A stretch of 64,000 nucleotides of DNA from a bacterium (GTDB taxonomy: Bacteria; UBA8248). Location of the stretch: NCBI GenBank assembly GCA_965200245.1, contig CBDATS010000004.1, positions 1,216,001 to 1,280,000 of the forward strand, read 5' to 3'. Made by a program: the position numbers and the translations under genes. The first letter of the stretch is position 1; each line of letters opens with the position of its first letter. Under the pieces are notes generated by a model. That model had not been told where the DNA came from, searched no databases, and saw only the letters and a list, made by a program, of their open reading frames with translations. Shown in pieces: positions 39,767 to 50,601 of the stretch.

Positions 39767-39924
39767 GTGGGCGAGGCTTGGAGACGTGCCGGGTACACTC
39801 TGGCAGGGACACAGTCTGTTGCTGCGGGGCACAAATGGTTGAATCGTGAGGACAGTGGCGATATCGTAAGGCGAGCTTACAGGATCGGCCCGCGACCCCC
39901 CCTCCCGAATCGAGTAAACTGGGA

Positions 39925-41844
39925 TCACGAAACAGGCAAGGAGGCCTCTTCCCGCGCATTTCCAGTCTGTTTGCGAATGTAGACCTCCAGCACAGCGACG
40001 GCGGCGGGTGTAACGCCCGATATACGGCTCGCCTGTCCGAGAGTCTTTGGACGTATCTGTTCGAGCCTTTGGCGGACCTCGGCTGTCAGGTGGCCCACAT
40101 CAGCGTAGGAGATGCCCTCGGGTATCCTTACCCTGTCGGCCATCCTTAAGTGATATACCTGCCGGTATTCCCTCTCGAAATACTCCTTGTATTTCACCTC
40201 CGCGAGCACGTATCGCCGCGATTCTCCGTCAAGCGCCTCCCAGGTCGCCCCGAAACACCCTCCGCCGACGGAATCAACGCGAATCGCCAGTTCCGGCCCG
40301 GCCTCGGGGCGTCTCAAGATGTCTCCCAGCGTAGCGGGCTTTTTGAGGGGTTTCGAACCCGCTGTCTCCATCGCGTTTCGAACGTCCGGTTTGGGGTTCA
40401 CCGTAGTCGATTCAAGATAGTCAATGGCCTCGCTCGCCCGTTTCGCCTTTTTCTGAAAAGCACTGTAGGTGGCCTCGTCCAGGGATCCGACCTTGCGGCC
40501 CAGTTCCATGAGCCTGAAATCCGCGTTGTCGTGGCGGAGCAGGAGCCTGTGTTCAGCACGGCTGGTGAACATCCGGTAGGGCTCCATCGTTCCCTTGGTG
40601 ATGAGGTCGTCAATCAGAACACCGATGTAGGCTTTTCCCCTGCTCAAAACGACGGGTTCCTCGCCGCGCAGGAAATGAACAGCGTTGATTCCTGCCATAA
40701 TCCCCTGGGAGGCGGCCTCCTCGTAGCCCGTCGTGCCGTTGATCTGGCCAGCGTGGAAGAGACCCGGCAACTTTTTCGTCATCAGATTCGGTCCCAGTTC
40801 AGTCGGCTCCACATAGTCGTACTCCACTGCGTAGCCCGGACGCATCATCTCGGCTCTTTCCAGCCCCTTGATTGTTCTCAACATTCGAATTTGCACGTCC
40901 ACCGGCAAACTGGTGGAAAGTCCGTTCACGTATATCTCACATGTCTCGCGTCCCTCGGGCTCCAGGAATATCTGGTGTTCCTGCTTGTCCTCGAAACGCA
41001 TAATCTTGTCCTCGATGCTCGGACAATATCGCACGCCGGTGGCGTCTATCTGACCGTTGTAGATCGGCGCACGATCGATGTTCTGCCGGATGACATCGTG
41101 CGTCTCAGGGTTCGTATATGTGATCCAGCACGGTATCTGTTCTTGTTCGATAGATCGCGTTCGGTATGAGAACGGAAGGGGTGGATTGTCGCCAAGCTGC
41201 ACTTCAAGTATTTGAAAATTAATGGATTTTGCGTCCAGACGCGGCGGCGTTCCCGTCTTCATCCGGCCGATGGCGAAGCCGAAAAAGACGAGTTGTTTTG
41301 TGATCTCGTTCGCCGAGCCCTCGCCCGCGCGGCCACCCTCGACCTTTCTGTCGCCATAATGGAGAAGCCCGCGCGTAAAGGTACCTGGCGTCAACACGAC
41401 CGCCCTGGCCTCCCAAGTTTCCCCGAAATGATTCTGCAGACCCGCCACAGCACCGTCCTTCACGAGGAGTCTTTGTACCATTCCCTGCTTGAGATCGAGG
41501 TTCTCCTGGCTTTCGACCGCGTTTTTCATGTACACGCGGTAGCGTTGCTTGCCCGCCTGGGCGCGCAGGGCTTGTACGGCGGGACCCTTCTTCGTGTTGA
41601 GCATCCGGAACTGGATGCCCGTTGCATCAATGGCACGAGCCATTTCGCCTCCCAGCGCGTCCACCTCGCGCACAAGAACGCCCTTCGCCAAGCCGCCGAT
41701 GGCCGGGTTGCACGACATGAGACCCACGGTGTCCAGATTCATCGTGAGCATCATGGTGCGCGCGCCCATACGCGCCGCAGCCAACGCCGCCTCGCAGCCA
41801 GCGTGTCCGCCGCCCACAACGACCACGTCATACGGAACCTTCAA
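39925..41844 (-). CDS. mnmG: tRNA uridine-5-carboxymethylaminomethyl modification enzyme MnmG/GidA
   Basis: [45 protein letters not shown]. Confidence 0.98.
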   Translation of the reverse strand: MKVPYDVVVVGGGHAGCEAALAAARMGARTMMLTMNLDTVGLMSCNPAIGGLAKGVLVREVDALGGEMARAIDATGIQFRMLNTKKGPAVQALRAQAGKQRYRVYMKNAVESQENLDLKQGMVQRLLVKDGAVAGLQNHFGETWEARAVVLTPGTFTRGLLHYGDRKVEGGRAGEGSANEITKQLVFFGFAIGRMKTGTPPRLDAKSINFQILEVQLGDNPPLPFSYRTRSIEQEQIPCWITYTNPETHDVIRQNIDRAPIYNGQIDATGVRYCPSIEDKIMRFEDKQEHQIFLEPEGRETCEIYVNGLSTSLPVDVQIRMLRTIKGLERAEMMRPGYAVEYDYVEPTELGPNLMTKKLPGLFHAGQINGTTGYEEAASQGIMAGINAVHFLRGEEPVVLSRGKAYIGVLIDDLITKGTMEPYRMFTSRAEHRLLLRHDNADFRLMELGRKVGSLDEATYSAFQKKAKRASEAIDYLESTTVNPKPDVRNAMETAGSKPLKKPATLGDILRRPEAGPELAIRVDSVGGGCFGATWEALDGESRRYVLAEVKYKEYFEREYRQVYHLRMADRVRIPEGISYADVGHLTAEVRQRLEQIRPKTLGQASRISGVTPAAVAVLEVYIRKQTGNAREEASLPVS

Positions 41845-42102
41845 GCGAAACCCTCCAGATATTCATAAGGTCAATGGCCAAAATACCAGACAATCCTGTT
41901 TTCCATAATGAGCTCGGTTGCGACCACCAATCCACAATCATACATCATCCCGTAAATACGAGATTATATACTTAACGATAAATACACATTATATAGACGA
42001 AATATATGTATATTGAAACCATATATAGTGGTTTTTATAGTCAGACACACAAATCCCCTTGGCATTCGTGTTTCAGGGAAGATGTAAATACCTCTTTCCC
42101 CC

Positions 42103-43527
42103 TTATTTTCCGATGCAAAACGTGGAAAAAATCTTGTCTAACAATGCCTCTCCGTAGTTCTGGCCCAAGAGTTCCGAGAGTGCGGTTTGTGCTTCGTTCA
42201 GGTGAACTGCCACCAGTTCGTGGAAAAGTTCACCCTCGACCCCCGTCCGGGCACCCTGAACCGCATCCAGACATTTCGCAATCTGGCCATGGTGTCGCTC
42301 TCGTGTGAGCACGGATTCCGCACCCGAAAACGCACTCTCATTCATCAAAACACGCGCCACCTCCTCACGCAACCTGGACAACCCCTCCCCCGTAAGTGCC
42401 GATATGAAAAGCGGCTCCCGCGCATCAGGCGCGTGTTCACGCAAAACCGCGCGGGCGTGCAATTGCGCATCAGTGGAGGATTTGTCTAACTTATTGAAAA
42501 TAAAAATGTTTTTACAGTCGTACGCACAGGCTTCTTTCACCGCCCATCGGATTTCGGCGTCACTTGCCGTTAAATCCGTCACCATCAGGCCGATGTCCGC
42601 TTCACCCGCCGCCTTGCGCGCGCGCTCGGTTCCTTCGAGCTCCACAGGGTCGCCGGTGTCGCGCAGCCCCGCCGTGTCGATGAGCCTTATCGACACACCT
42701 CCAAAGTCGCAATCTTCCTCCACCGTGTCGCGCGTGGTACCCGGCATTTCGCTGGTGATGGCGCGATCCGCCCCCAAAAGGGCGTTCAACAGCGTGGATT
42801 TTCCCGCGTTGGGCCTGCCGAGTATGACGGCGCGTGCGCCTTCTCGCAAAATTCTGCCGGAACGGTAGCTTTCGATTAACTTTTTGAGTGCGTTCTCTGT
42901 CTCTGCGAACAGATCGGCTAGTTCCGTGCTTCCCATCGGAACACCTGAAACCGATGGCCCCGCACCCGGTTCGAACTCATCGGGAAAATCGATCGCCGCC
43001 TCGATATGCGCCCCCGCTTCCACAATCTTTTCCCATATATCTTCCAGGGATTTGGACAGGCGCCCTTCCAGATGATGGAGAGCAGCCTTCGCCGCTTTTT
43101 TGGTCTGGGCACTTACGAGATCGGCCACTGCCTCGGCCTGGAGGAGATCGATCTTGCCTTCCAAAAAGGCGCGACGGGTAAATTCGCCTTCTATGGCCGG
43201 CCTTGCACCCATCCCGCGAGAAAGGCGCAGGATCGCCCCCACAATAGCCGGGCCACCGTGGCAGTGCATCTCGACTACATCCTCGCCAGTAACGGAATCT
43301 GGCGCTTGATAATAAAGCGCGAGTCCCTCATCAAACGCCTGGCCGTTATCCATGAAGCGCCCCAGCACGGGACGACCCCTGGGAAACGCGCTTCGTTCTT
43401 TCTTTGGCGAGAAGATACTCTCAAGAATGGGAAGTGCTTTCGCGCCACTTAAGCGAATGACCGCGATGGCCCCGCGTCCCGGTGCAGTCGAGAGCGCGAC
43501 GATGGTCTCCCTATTGAAATCGCTCAT
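42103..43527 (-). CDS. mnmE: tRNA modification GTPase MnmE/TrmE
   Basis: GEDVVEMHCHGG, GRPNAGKS, GTTRD, DTAG, terminal FCIGK. Confidence 0.98.
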   Translation of the reverse strand: MSDFNRETIVALSTAPGRGAIAVIRLSGAKALPILESIFSPKKERSAFPRGRPVLGRFMDNGQAFDEGLALYYQAPDSVTGEDVVEMHCHGGPAIVGAILRLSRGMGARPAIEGEFTRRAFLEGKIDLLQAEAVADLVSAQTKKAAKAALHHLEGRLSKSLEDIWEKIVEAGAHIEAAIDFPDEFEPGAGPSVSGVPMGSTELADLFAETENALKKLIESYRSGRILREGARAVILGRPNAGKSTLLNALLGADRAITSEMPGTTRDTVEEDCDFGGVSIRLIDTAGLRDTGDPVELEGTERARKAAGEADIGLMVTDLTASDAEIRWAVKEACAYDCKNIFIFNKLDKSSTDAQLHARAVLREHAPDAREPLFISALTGEGLSRLREEVARVLMNESAFSGAESVLTRERHHGQIAKCLDAVQGARTGVEGELFHELVAVHLNEAQTALSELLGQNYGEALLDKIFSTFCIGK

Positions 43528-43832
43528 CCGTTGGCTTTCTCCATCATTTGTGGTTACGCGCGGCCGCTCGGGTCGCGTTCGCCCGTAATGAAACGGATTG
43601 GCGAAGTTATTGCAAGACCAGGCGGGCAGAGGTCCGAGGGGGAGTGTCGCATGCATATGATTCTTGCGGATAATTTCGGCGATCTGGAAAAGCCGACAGG
43701 GATGACCCTAAGCGTCCACACTTTCTTATGCGGTCATATCCGCACGGAGAGAACACAATACCGCAAGGGCCGTTCGCAAACGGTTCCCCACAAGCCTGTC
43801 TCAGGCAAGAACAGAGGAATTGGAAACCACCC

Positions 43833-44864
43833 TCACGTTTCACCTTCACGATCGATCAGTCCACTCAGGAGGGCCGAGCGAGTGAGGACACCGACTACCG
43901 CACCCGTCTCGTCCACCACACGCAGTGGAGATTCGCTCTCCATGGACAAGTGCAGCGCGTCCTGCAGCGCAGCGTCGTGCAAGATGGTCGGGCCGGTCGC
44001 CGCCTCGTCGTCGGGGGGCCGCATGACGTCGCTCGTCTTCAGTATGCGTTCGCGTTTCACTTCGCGCACGAACTCGCGTACATAGTCAGTGGCCGGACGG
44101 AGCAGAATCTCGTTCGGCCTGCCTGTCTGGTCGATCGCGCCGTCTTTCAGGATGGCGACGTGATCGCCCAGATGAAGTGCCTCGTCCAGATCGTGGGTGA
44201 TGAATACGATAGTCTTCTTGAGGTCCCGCTGGAGCGCGATGAGGTGTTCCTGCATCTGTTTGCGGATGAGCGGATCCAGCGCGCTGAAGGGCTCGTCCAT
44301 GAGCAGAATTTCGGAGTTCGTGCACAGGGCGCGCGCCAGCCCCACCCGTTGCTGCATGCCGCCAGAAAGCTGGGCAGGGTAGGCGCTCTCGTAGCCGATC
44401 AGGCCCACATCCTCTATCCACGCCATCGCGCGACGGCGGCGTTCGGCCGGCTCCACTCCCTGGACTTCCAGGCCGTAGCCCACATTCTCGATAACCATCA
44501 TCTGCGGGAATAGCGCGTAGCGCTGAAACACCATGCTCACGGCACTCCTGCGGAAAGCGAGCAATTCCTCGGGCGAGAGTGCGAGAACATCGCGCCCGTC
44601 AACGAGAATCCGGCCCGCCGTTGGATCAATGAGCCGGTTGATGTGGCGTATAAGAGTCGATTTACCCGAACCCGAAAGACCCATAACCACGAATATCTCT
44701 CCCCGCTCGACGGAGAGACTCACGTCCTTCAAGCCCAGTGTGCAACCGGTTTCGAGCAGCACCTTGTTCTTCTCGACTCCCGCACGGGCCAGGTCGAGCG
44801 CGGTGTCCAGCGCGCCCCCGGCTCCGAATATCTTGTAGACGTTTTTTATCTCGATGAGCGCCAC
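43833..44864 (-). CDS. proV: Glycine betaine/proline ABC transporter ATP-binding subunit
   Basis: MGLSGSGKS, LSGGMQQRVGLARA, DEPFSALDPLIR, CBS-like tail. Confidence 0.9.
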   Translation of the reverse strand: MALIEIKNVYKIFGAGGALDTALDLARAGVEKNKVLLETGCTLGLKDVSLSVERGEIFVVMGLSGSGKSTLIRHINRLIDPTAGRILVDGRDVLALSPEELLAFRRSAVSMVFQRYALFPQMMVIENVGYGLEVQGVEPAERRRRAMAWIEDVGLIGYESAYPAQLSGGMQQRVGLARALCTNSEILLMDEPFSALDPLIRKQMQEHLIALQRDLKKTIVFITHDLDEALHLGDHVAILKDGAIDQTGRPNEILLRPATDYVREFVREVKRERILKTSDVMRPPDDEAATGPTILHDAALQDALHLSMESESPLRVVDETGAVVGVLTRSALLSGLIDREGET

Positions 44865-44868
44865 CGCT

Positions 44869-45777
44869 TCAGCTCCTCCCGCCCGTGCGGATAAAGCGCC
44901 CGCCGTAGGCCTGGGTGACACGGTCCATGACGATAGCGAGCAGAACAATCGCCACCCCGGCCTCGAGCGCCCGCCCCACGTTGAGTTGCTGGAGGCCGAT
45001 GAGCACCTCGGTACCGAGGCCTCGGGTTCCGATCATCGAGGCAATGACGACCATCGCGAGCGCCATCATTGTGGTCTGGTTGACACCCTGCATGATGCTA
45101 GGCAGCGCCATCGGTATCTGTACGCGAAGGAGTTTCTGTCTTCGGCTCGCACCCATGGCGTCGGAAGCCTCGATGATTTCCTCATCCACCAAGCGGATGC
45201 CCAGGTCCGTCAGGCGGATCACCGGCGGGATGGCGTAGATCACCGTCGCGAAGACGGCAGGCACCGCGCCGAGCCCAAAGAGCATGATCGCCGGAATGAG
45301 GTAGACGAAGCTTGGCATCGTCTGCATCAGATCCAGCGCCGGCAGCACCATGTCGCGTATCCGGTCGTTCCGCGATATCGTGATACCGACCGGAACGCCT
45401 AAGCCGATGCAGATGACGGTGGAGACGAACATCACCGAAAGCGTCATCATCGACAGATCCCAGAGCCTGGGATCGATGATGCCGATAAAAAACAGGCTGG
45501 CGACTACGATCGCGGTCAAGCCCCATTTGCGCCCGCCAGAAAAGAAGGTGAGCGCACCTACGCCCAAGAAGATGACGAGCCAGGGAAGGTCTCGCAAAAA
45601 GCGCTCAAGGCCGACAAGCAGAACGAGAATGGCGTCTGAGGCCGTCTCGAAGATGATTCCGTAATCCGAGACCAGCCATTCCACGAAATCGTTGGTCCAC
45701 TTGTTGAGCGGCAGGTTCAGCCCCTTGGGCCACTCGACCGCCCATTCGGGGAACAGTCCGCGGAAAAACTTCATCAC
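44869..45777 (-). CDS. proW: Glycine betaine/proline ABC transporter permease
   Basis: LDLMQTMPSFVYLIP, GVNQTTMMALAMVVIASMIG. Confidence 0.9.
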   Translation of the reverse strand: MMKFFRGLFPEWAVEWPKGLNLPLNKWTNDFVEWLVSDYGIIFETASDAILVLLVGLERFLRDLPWLVIFLGVGALTFFSGGRKWGLTAIVVASLFFIGIIDPRLWDLSMMTLSVMFVSTVICIGLGVPVGITISRNDRIRDMVLPALDLMQTMPSFVYLIPAIMLFGLGAVPAVFATVIYAIPPVIRLTDLGIRLVDEEIIEASDAMGASRRQKLLRVQIPMALPSIMQGVNQTTMMALAMVVIASMIGTRGLGTEVLIGLQQLNVGRALEAGVAIVLLAIVMDRVTQAYGGRFIRTGGRS

Positions 45778-45840
45778 GTACGGGCCTCCCCGAAATTATG
45801 GAGCAACATCACGAGAGAAAATATCCCACCCGAGCGCAGC

Positions 45841-46878
45841 TTAAGCCGATTCGAGCGCCTTCTCGACCTTTTTTGCCACGCTGGCCGGAACCCACTTCTT
45901 CCAGACCTTGTTGGTCTTCAGGAAATGGACGGCGGTGACTTTGGCGTCGCCGCCAGCTTCCTTTTCAAGATAGGCCAGAGCCTTCGACACCACGTTTGAG
46001 GGGAGCGTGTACTTCTCGACAAAGGCGACAATCTCAGGATGTTTCGCCGCGAATTTCGACGTGACCGACTTCGGCAATTCCATCGTCCGGTAGGCGGTCG
46101 CCTTCTTGGGATTCCCCATGGCACCGACTCCGCCTTTCTTAAGCGCCTCCACGTGCTTGAGCATCTCGTTCCAGTCAGCCTCGTTCCAGACAGGCTCTTC
46201 GAGTTGCACGAGATCGAGCTGTCCCAGCAACGGCGTCGGTGCCCAGTAATAGGCGAGCACCGGCTTTTTCTTGAGATACGCGCCCTTGATGGCCGCCGCA
46301 AGCGCACCGCCTGAACCGGGCCGGAAATTGGTGAAGTGCTTCTCCAGTCCATAGACCCGCAGCTTCACTGTGTTGATAACTTCGCAAGACCAGCCGGGGA
46401 TGCAGTTCACGAAACGGCCCTTGGAGGGTTCTTCGGGATCCTTGAAGAGATGCTTGTACTTGGGCAGGTCGTACACCGACTTCAGGCCCGGGTTCGCCTT
46501 CTGCACGAAGCGCGGTATGTACCAGCCCTGCGCGCTGTCGGGCGTGTTGACACTCAGCATCTTCACATTGCCGCTCTTGTGCGCTTTGTCGTACTGCTCC
46601 TGCACGTTGTCGTACCAAAGCTCCATGATCAGGTCGTTCTTCCCCTCGTAGTGGGCCGTCATGATCGGAAGCGTGCCGCCGTAGATGAGCCGCACCCGGC
46701 AGCCGTAGCCATGCTCCAGGATAAAGGCGACCACTTGATCGTGAAAGTTGGCACTGTCCCAGTTCAGGTCGCCGATACGGACCCGGCAGGAGGCGTCCGC
46801 CCGGCTCGGCAAGGATGCGAGCGCCGTCGCCCCGATGGCAATAGCCAAAACGAACACAAGAAAGATTCTGGATTTCAT
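45841..46878 (-). CDS. proX: Glycine betaine ABC transporter substrate-binding protein
   Basis: Signal peptide, NWDSA, HGYGC, CIPGWSC, YYWAPT. Confidence 0.85.
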   Translation of the reverse strand: MKSRIFLVFVLAIAIGATALASLPSRADASCRVRIGDLNWDSANFHDQVVAFILEHGYGCRVRLIYGGTLPIMTAHYEGKNDLIMELWYDNVQEQYDKAHKSGNVKMLSVNTPDSAQGWYIPRFVQKANPGLKSVYDLPKYKHLFKDPEEPSKGRFVNCIPGWSCEVINTVKLRVYGLEKHFTNFRPGSGGALAAAIKGAYLKKKPVLAYYWAPTPLLGQLDLVQLEEPVWNEADWNEMLKHVEALKKGGVGAMGNPKKATAYRTMELPKSVTSKFAAKHPEIVAFVEKYTLPSNVVSKALAYLEKEAGGDAKVTAVHFLKTNKVWKKWVPASVAKKVEKALESA

Positions 46879-47208
46879 GGTTGGCCCCCTATTCTCGTTG
46901 TGCGTCCGGTCGATTCGAAAAATGTGTCGGAACCTCTCGCAAGAGAGAGTCCAAGCCCCCTCCCAAGGCCCCGTAGGTTAGCTTGCGGATCGTATCCCTA
47001 GCGCTCCTCAGAGCACCTAACTCCTGGCCAGAACTGACAAGTGTAACGCATAGAGGCTGGAAAACGCAAATTACCCGCTTTCGTCCACAAAAGAGCGTCT
47101 CCGGCCACGGTGTGGTTCCGCAGCGTTTTGTCGAAACTTTCTCGCGCCGAAATTATCGTCCATGCTACATTACTCCGGTGTTTATGCCCGGAAAGAAACG
47201 AGACGCTC

Positions 47209-48525
47209 ATGCCCGAGACGAGATACGATCCCCATCGCGGCGAATGGACGCTCATCGCACCACAGAGACGCACGCGTCCACATCCGGCACATTATACGAA
47301 CGCCTCGCCCTCCAATGAAGATCCATCCTGTCCCTTTTGTCCGGGCAACGAGCACATCACGCCAACAGAAGTCGCCGCCTCGAGGGACAAGGGCGAGGAC
47401 AACGCACCCGGCTGGCGCGCACGTTGCGTGGCGAACAAATACCCCGCCATTGACGGTGGAAAAGCCGAACACGGCGGAGAGGGTGAATTTATTTTCCATA
47501 AAGGCGGTGGATGCCATGAGGTGCTTATCGATTCGTCCCGTCACACGAAGGCCCTCGCCGATCTCGGCGAAGCACACACTGCAGAAGTTCTGGGCCTTCT
47601 GCAGGAAAGGGCACGCGCGCTCATCGAGGCGCCCGGCGTTCGCTTCGTCTTCGCCTTCAAGAACCACGGCGCCATGGGGGGCGCATCCATCCTCCACTCG
47701 CATTTCCAGATACTCGGGCTTCCGTTCGCAACGGGCAGTGTCGAGAATATGCTCGAAAATGAGGTCTCCTTTTATGCAGAACGGAAATGCGCGCTTCTGG
47801 ACCACTTGATAGATGCGGAGCGCGCACAGAAGGTGCGGCTGGTGGAGGCGGGAGCAGAGGGCGCCGTCGTTTATTGTCCATGGGCGTCTCGTTTTCCCTT
47901 TCTCGTCCTTATCGCTCCATGGCCAACGGAAGTCTCCTTCGCCGGGAGCGCGCCTGAAGCCATCGCAGCCGTCGGATCTGCCCTTGCGCGGTGCCTGAGG
48001 CGCTACAAGACGCTTCTCGGCGATCCACCCGTCAACATCTCCTTTCTCGCTGCGGGCGGGATGGAGGGAAACCTCAAGTCGCATCGCTGGCATATCGAAC
48101 TTTTCCCGCGTCTGACGCCCCTGGCCAGCCTTGAGACGGGCTTGGGCGCGCACATCAACGAAGTGGTTCCAGAGCGCGCCGCCGAAATACTGAGAAAGAT
48201 CGACCCCTGTGAATGCGCATCTTCTTCTCCCGGTATCGACAGAGGATCCACCGATGAGCAAGAAAAATACCCCAAAAACTGTATCCTTTCTCACGGGCGG
48301 CGACATCGCGCCAGACAGGGCTTCGGCCAAGGGGATGTTCGGCCGCTTGGGGAAATTTTTCCGAGGCGCCGATTTTTCCTTCGCGAATCTCGAGAACGCG
48401 CTCTCGACGCGCGGCGAACTCATGAAGGGGAAACCGACCAAACACAGGGGACATCCCTCGCTCGTTGCGGGACTGGTGGACGCGGGCTTCGACGCGGTGG
48501 GGATCGCAAACAACCATGCGCTTGA
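47209..48525 (+). CDS. galT: Galactose-1-phosphate uridylyltransferase family; homologous part ends near 48210 and the ORF reads on over the next gene
   Basis: CPFCPGNE, NKYPA, HEV, FKNHGAMGGASILHSHFQ, WHIELFPRL, PERAAEILR. Confidence 0.8.
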   Translation: MPETRYDPHRGEWTLIAPQRRTRPHPAHYTNASPSNEDPSCPFCPGNEHITPTEVAASRDKGEDNAPGWRARCVANKYPAIDGGKAEHGGEGEFIFHKGGGCHEVLIDSSRHTKALADLGEAHTAEVLGLLQERARALIEAPGVRFVFAFKNHGAMGGASILHSHFQILGLPFATGSVENMLENEVSFYAERKCALLDHLIDAERAQKVRLVEAGAEGAVVYCPWASRFPFLVLIAPWPTEVSFAGSAPEAIAAVGSALARCLRRYKTLLGDPPVNISFLAAGGMEGNLKSHRWHIELFPRLTPLASLETGLGAHINEVVPERAAEILRKIDPCECASSSPGIDRGSTDEQEKYPKNCILSHGRRHRARQGFGQGDVRPLGEIFPRRRFFLRESRERALDARRTHEGETDQTQGTSLARCGTGGRGLRRGGDRKQPCA

Positions 48526-49311
48526 CTTCGGGGTTCCTTCCCTGGAGGAAACCATGCTGACGCTGCGACGCGCAGGTGCTCCCTTCACGGGTGCGGGAAT
48601 GGACCTGAGTGAAGCACGCGCACCCGTCGTGCTCGAACGCGGAGCGGGTTCACAATCGGCCTTCTCGCCTACTCGTCCGTGCTGCCGCAGGGCCACGCGG
48701 CAGGCCCCGGGGAGCCCGGCGTGAACCCGCTCCGCGTCAGGACATCCTATACGCCACCCAGAAACCTTGATGAATACCCCGCCTCCGAACCCGTCATCTA
48801 CTCCTGGGCCAGAGCGGAAGACCTCGCACGCATGAAAAAAGAGGTCCGAAGCCTCAAGCGTCGTGCCGATTTCGTCTTCGCCTACCAGCGCTGGGGGGCG
48901 AGCATGCGCCACGAGGTGCACGAACATCAAAGGGAAATCGGCCAGGCGGCGATCGACGCGGGTGCCTGCGCCGTATTCGGCGGACACCAGCACGTGCTCT
49001 CGGCCATCGAGTTCTACAGGGGCCGGCCAATTGTCCATTGCACGGGGAACCTGATATTTGATGAGATTGAACCTTTCTTCACTGACGCGACACTCCAGAC
49101 GTTTCTGCTGGGAGGGCGACTGGACGAGAACGGACTGGACGATTTGCACCTGATACCCTGTCGCTGCGGCGTCGGCGGCGCCCCGAGGCTTCTCTCGCCG
49201 ATGAGCGGTGAGGGTCGCGCGATCGTGGATATGGTAAAAAACCTATCCGCACCTTACGGGACGGAGATCGCCGTCAAGGATGGAGAGGTGGTCGTCTCAC
49301 CGCTCAGCTAA
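48254..49311 (+). pseudogene. CapA/poly-gamma-glutamate synthesis-type metallophosphoesterase, frameshifted near 48641
   Basis: GDI, NLE, ANNHALDFG; after the shift GLLAYSS, QRWG (usually HWG), GGHQHV, GNLIFD. Confidence 0.75.
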
Positions 49312-49315
49312 AACG

Positions 49316-49341
49316 AAAAAAGCCCGCCGAAGCGGGCCTTT
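49316..49341. terminator. Bidirectional terminator
   Basis: AAAAAA-GCCCGC-CGAA-GCGGGC-CTTT between convergent genes. Confidence 0.7.
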
Positions 49342-49368
49342 CCGGGTGGTTCATGCAGTCATCACGTT

Positions 49369-49764
49369 CTATAGTGCGCGCTCCATGAGGCTCCGGATGC
49401 TCGCGATGTCAACATCGCCCGTCGAGCGTCCCTTCTCCTCCGCGCCCTTGAAAGCGATGATCGTCGACTGGAAGCGAACCCTGTACTTCTTGAGAAAGTC
49501 TCCCGGTGAGTCGAATTGCACCATGAATGCTGTTGCGTTCTCAAACTTCTTCTCCTCCATGAGAGATTGCAGAAGCGGCGCCTGCCGCACACATGTCCCT
49601 CACCAGTCCGAGTGAACGGCCACGAAAATCGACTTGCCGTCTTTCTGGGCCTGGGTGAAAGCCTTGGAGTCATAGGGTTTCCACTTTCCTTCGGCGAGTG
49701 CGGCCTGGGGGAGAGCAACTACGGCGAGCAGGAACAGGGCGAACACGAGTATGGGACGTCGCAT
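49369..49764 (-). CDS. Exported thioredoxin-like selenoprotein, 131 aa, Sec at codon 55 (UGA 49600-49602)
   Basis: MRRPILVFALFLLAVVALPQAALA-EGKW...SIFVAVHSDW-U-GTCVRQAPLL...QSTIIAFKG; GGGGAG RBS. Confidence 0.88.
49575..49588 (-). promoter_or_regulatory. Candidate SECIS hairpin of the thioredoxin
   Basis: GCGGC-AGGC-GCCGC, beginning 11 nt after the UGA. Confidence 0.6.
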
Positions 49765-49829
49765 TTACATCACTCCCCTTCTGTTTAGACGGCTTGGAAG
49801 AATCTTATGTGTCGTCTTTTCCATATTCG

Positions 49830-50588
49830 CTAGTGCACGTATTGGCCACCATTCACGTCAATGGTCACACCCGTCACATAGCCCGAGCCGGGTGTTGAGA
49901 AATACCATATCGAATCTGCGATGTCCTCGGGCTCCCCGCCGAAGCCCACCGGCAGGCGCGCCACGATCTCCGGCACGCGCTCCCGGTGCACAAGGCGAAA
50001 CCGCTTGGTGAGGGTCACTCCCGGTGCCACGGCGTTCACTGTGATGCCATGGGAAGCGAGTTCCACCGAGAGCCTCCGCGTGAACCCTTGCATGGCTGAT
50101 TTCGCAGCGCTATAGACAAGAGACACATTCGCCAAGGCATCACGCGCGGAAATAGAGGACACGTTCACGATACGGCCATAGCCCCGGTCTTTCATCGGGG
50201 TCGCCGCCGCCCGGGTGGCAAGGTAGCAACTCGTGAGATTCCAGTCCACGATCTTCTCCCACTCCGCTTCGTCGAGGCCCTCGATGTCGGGCACTTCTAC
50301 AAACCCGCCTGCACAGTTCACCAGAATATCGAGGTGGCCCCATGTGCCAAGCGTACGGGCGAACAGAAGATCGACATCCTCTTTACGGGCAGCATCACCC
50401 TGGACGAATATAGCCTCTCCGTGTGAATCTACTTGGGCCAGGGCTGCTGAGCCGCGTTCGGGGTCGCGACCCATAATGGCTACCTTCGCTCCCTCATCCG
50501 CAAAGCGTATCGCCGTCGCGAGACCGATCCCGTCGGTGGCACCGGTGACGATGGCGACGTGATCCTTGATGGAGGAACGCTCATGCAC
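49830..50588 (-). CDS. SDR oxidoreductase (FabG-like), paralog 2
   Basis: TGATDGIG, NCAGG, YSAAK, DVNGG. Confidence 0.92.
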   Translation of the reverse strand: MHERSSIKDHVAIVTGATDGIGLATAIRFADEGAKVAIMGRDPERGSAALAQVDSHGEAIFVQGDAARKEDVDLLFARTLGTWGHLDILVNCAGGFVEVPDIEGLDEAEWEKIVDWNLTSCYLATRAAATPMKDRGYGRIVNVSSISARDALANVSLVYSAAKSAMQGFTRRLSVELASHGITVNAVAPGVTLTKRFRLVHRERVPEIVARLPVGFGGEPEDIADSIWYFSTPGSGYVTGVTIDVNGGQYVH

Positions 50589-50601
50589 GCGAATGTCCTT
50601 T

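Noticed and set aside
41870-42100. AT-rich tract upstream of mnmG as oriC or as a degenerate IS end (ATTATATACTTAAC)
   Set aside because: No DnaA-box cluster or trios and no partner TIR or target duplication; the better origin lies after dnaA
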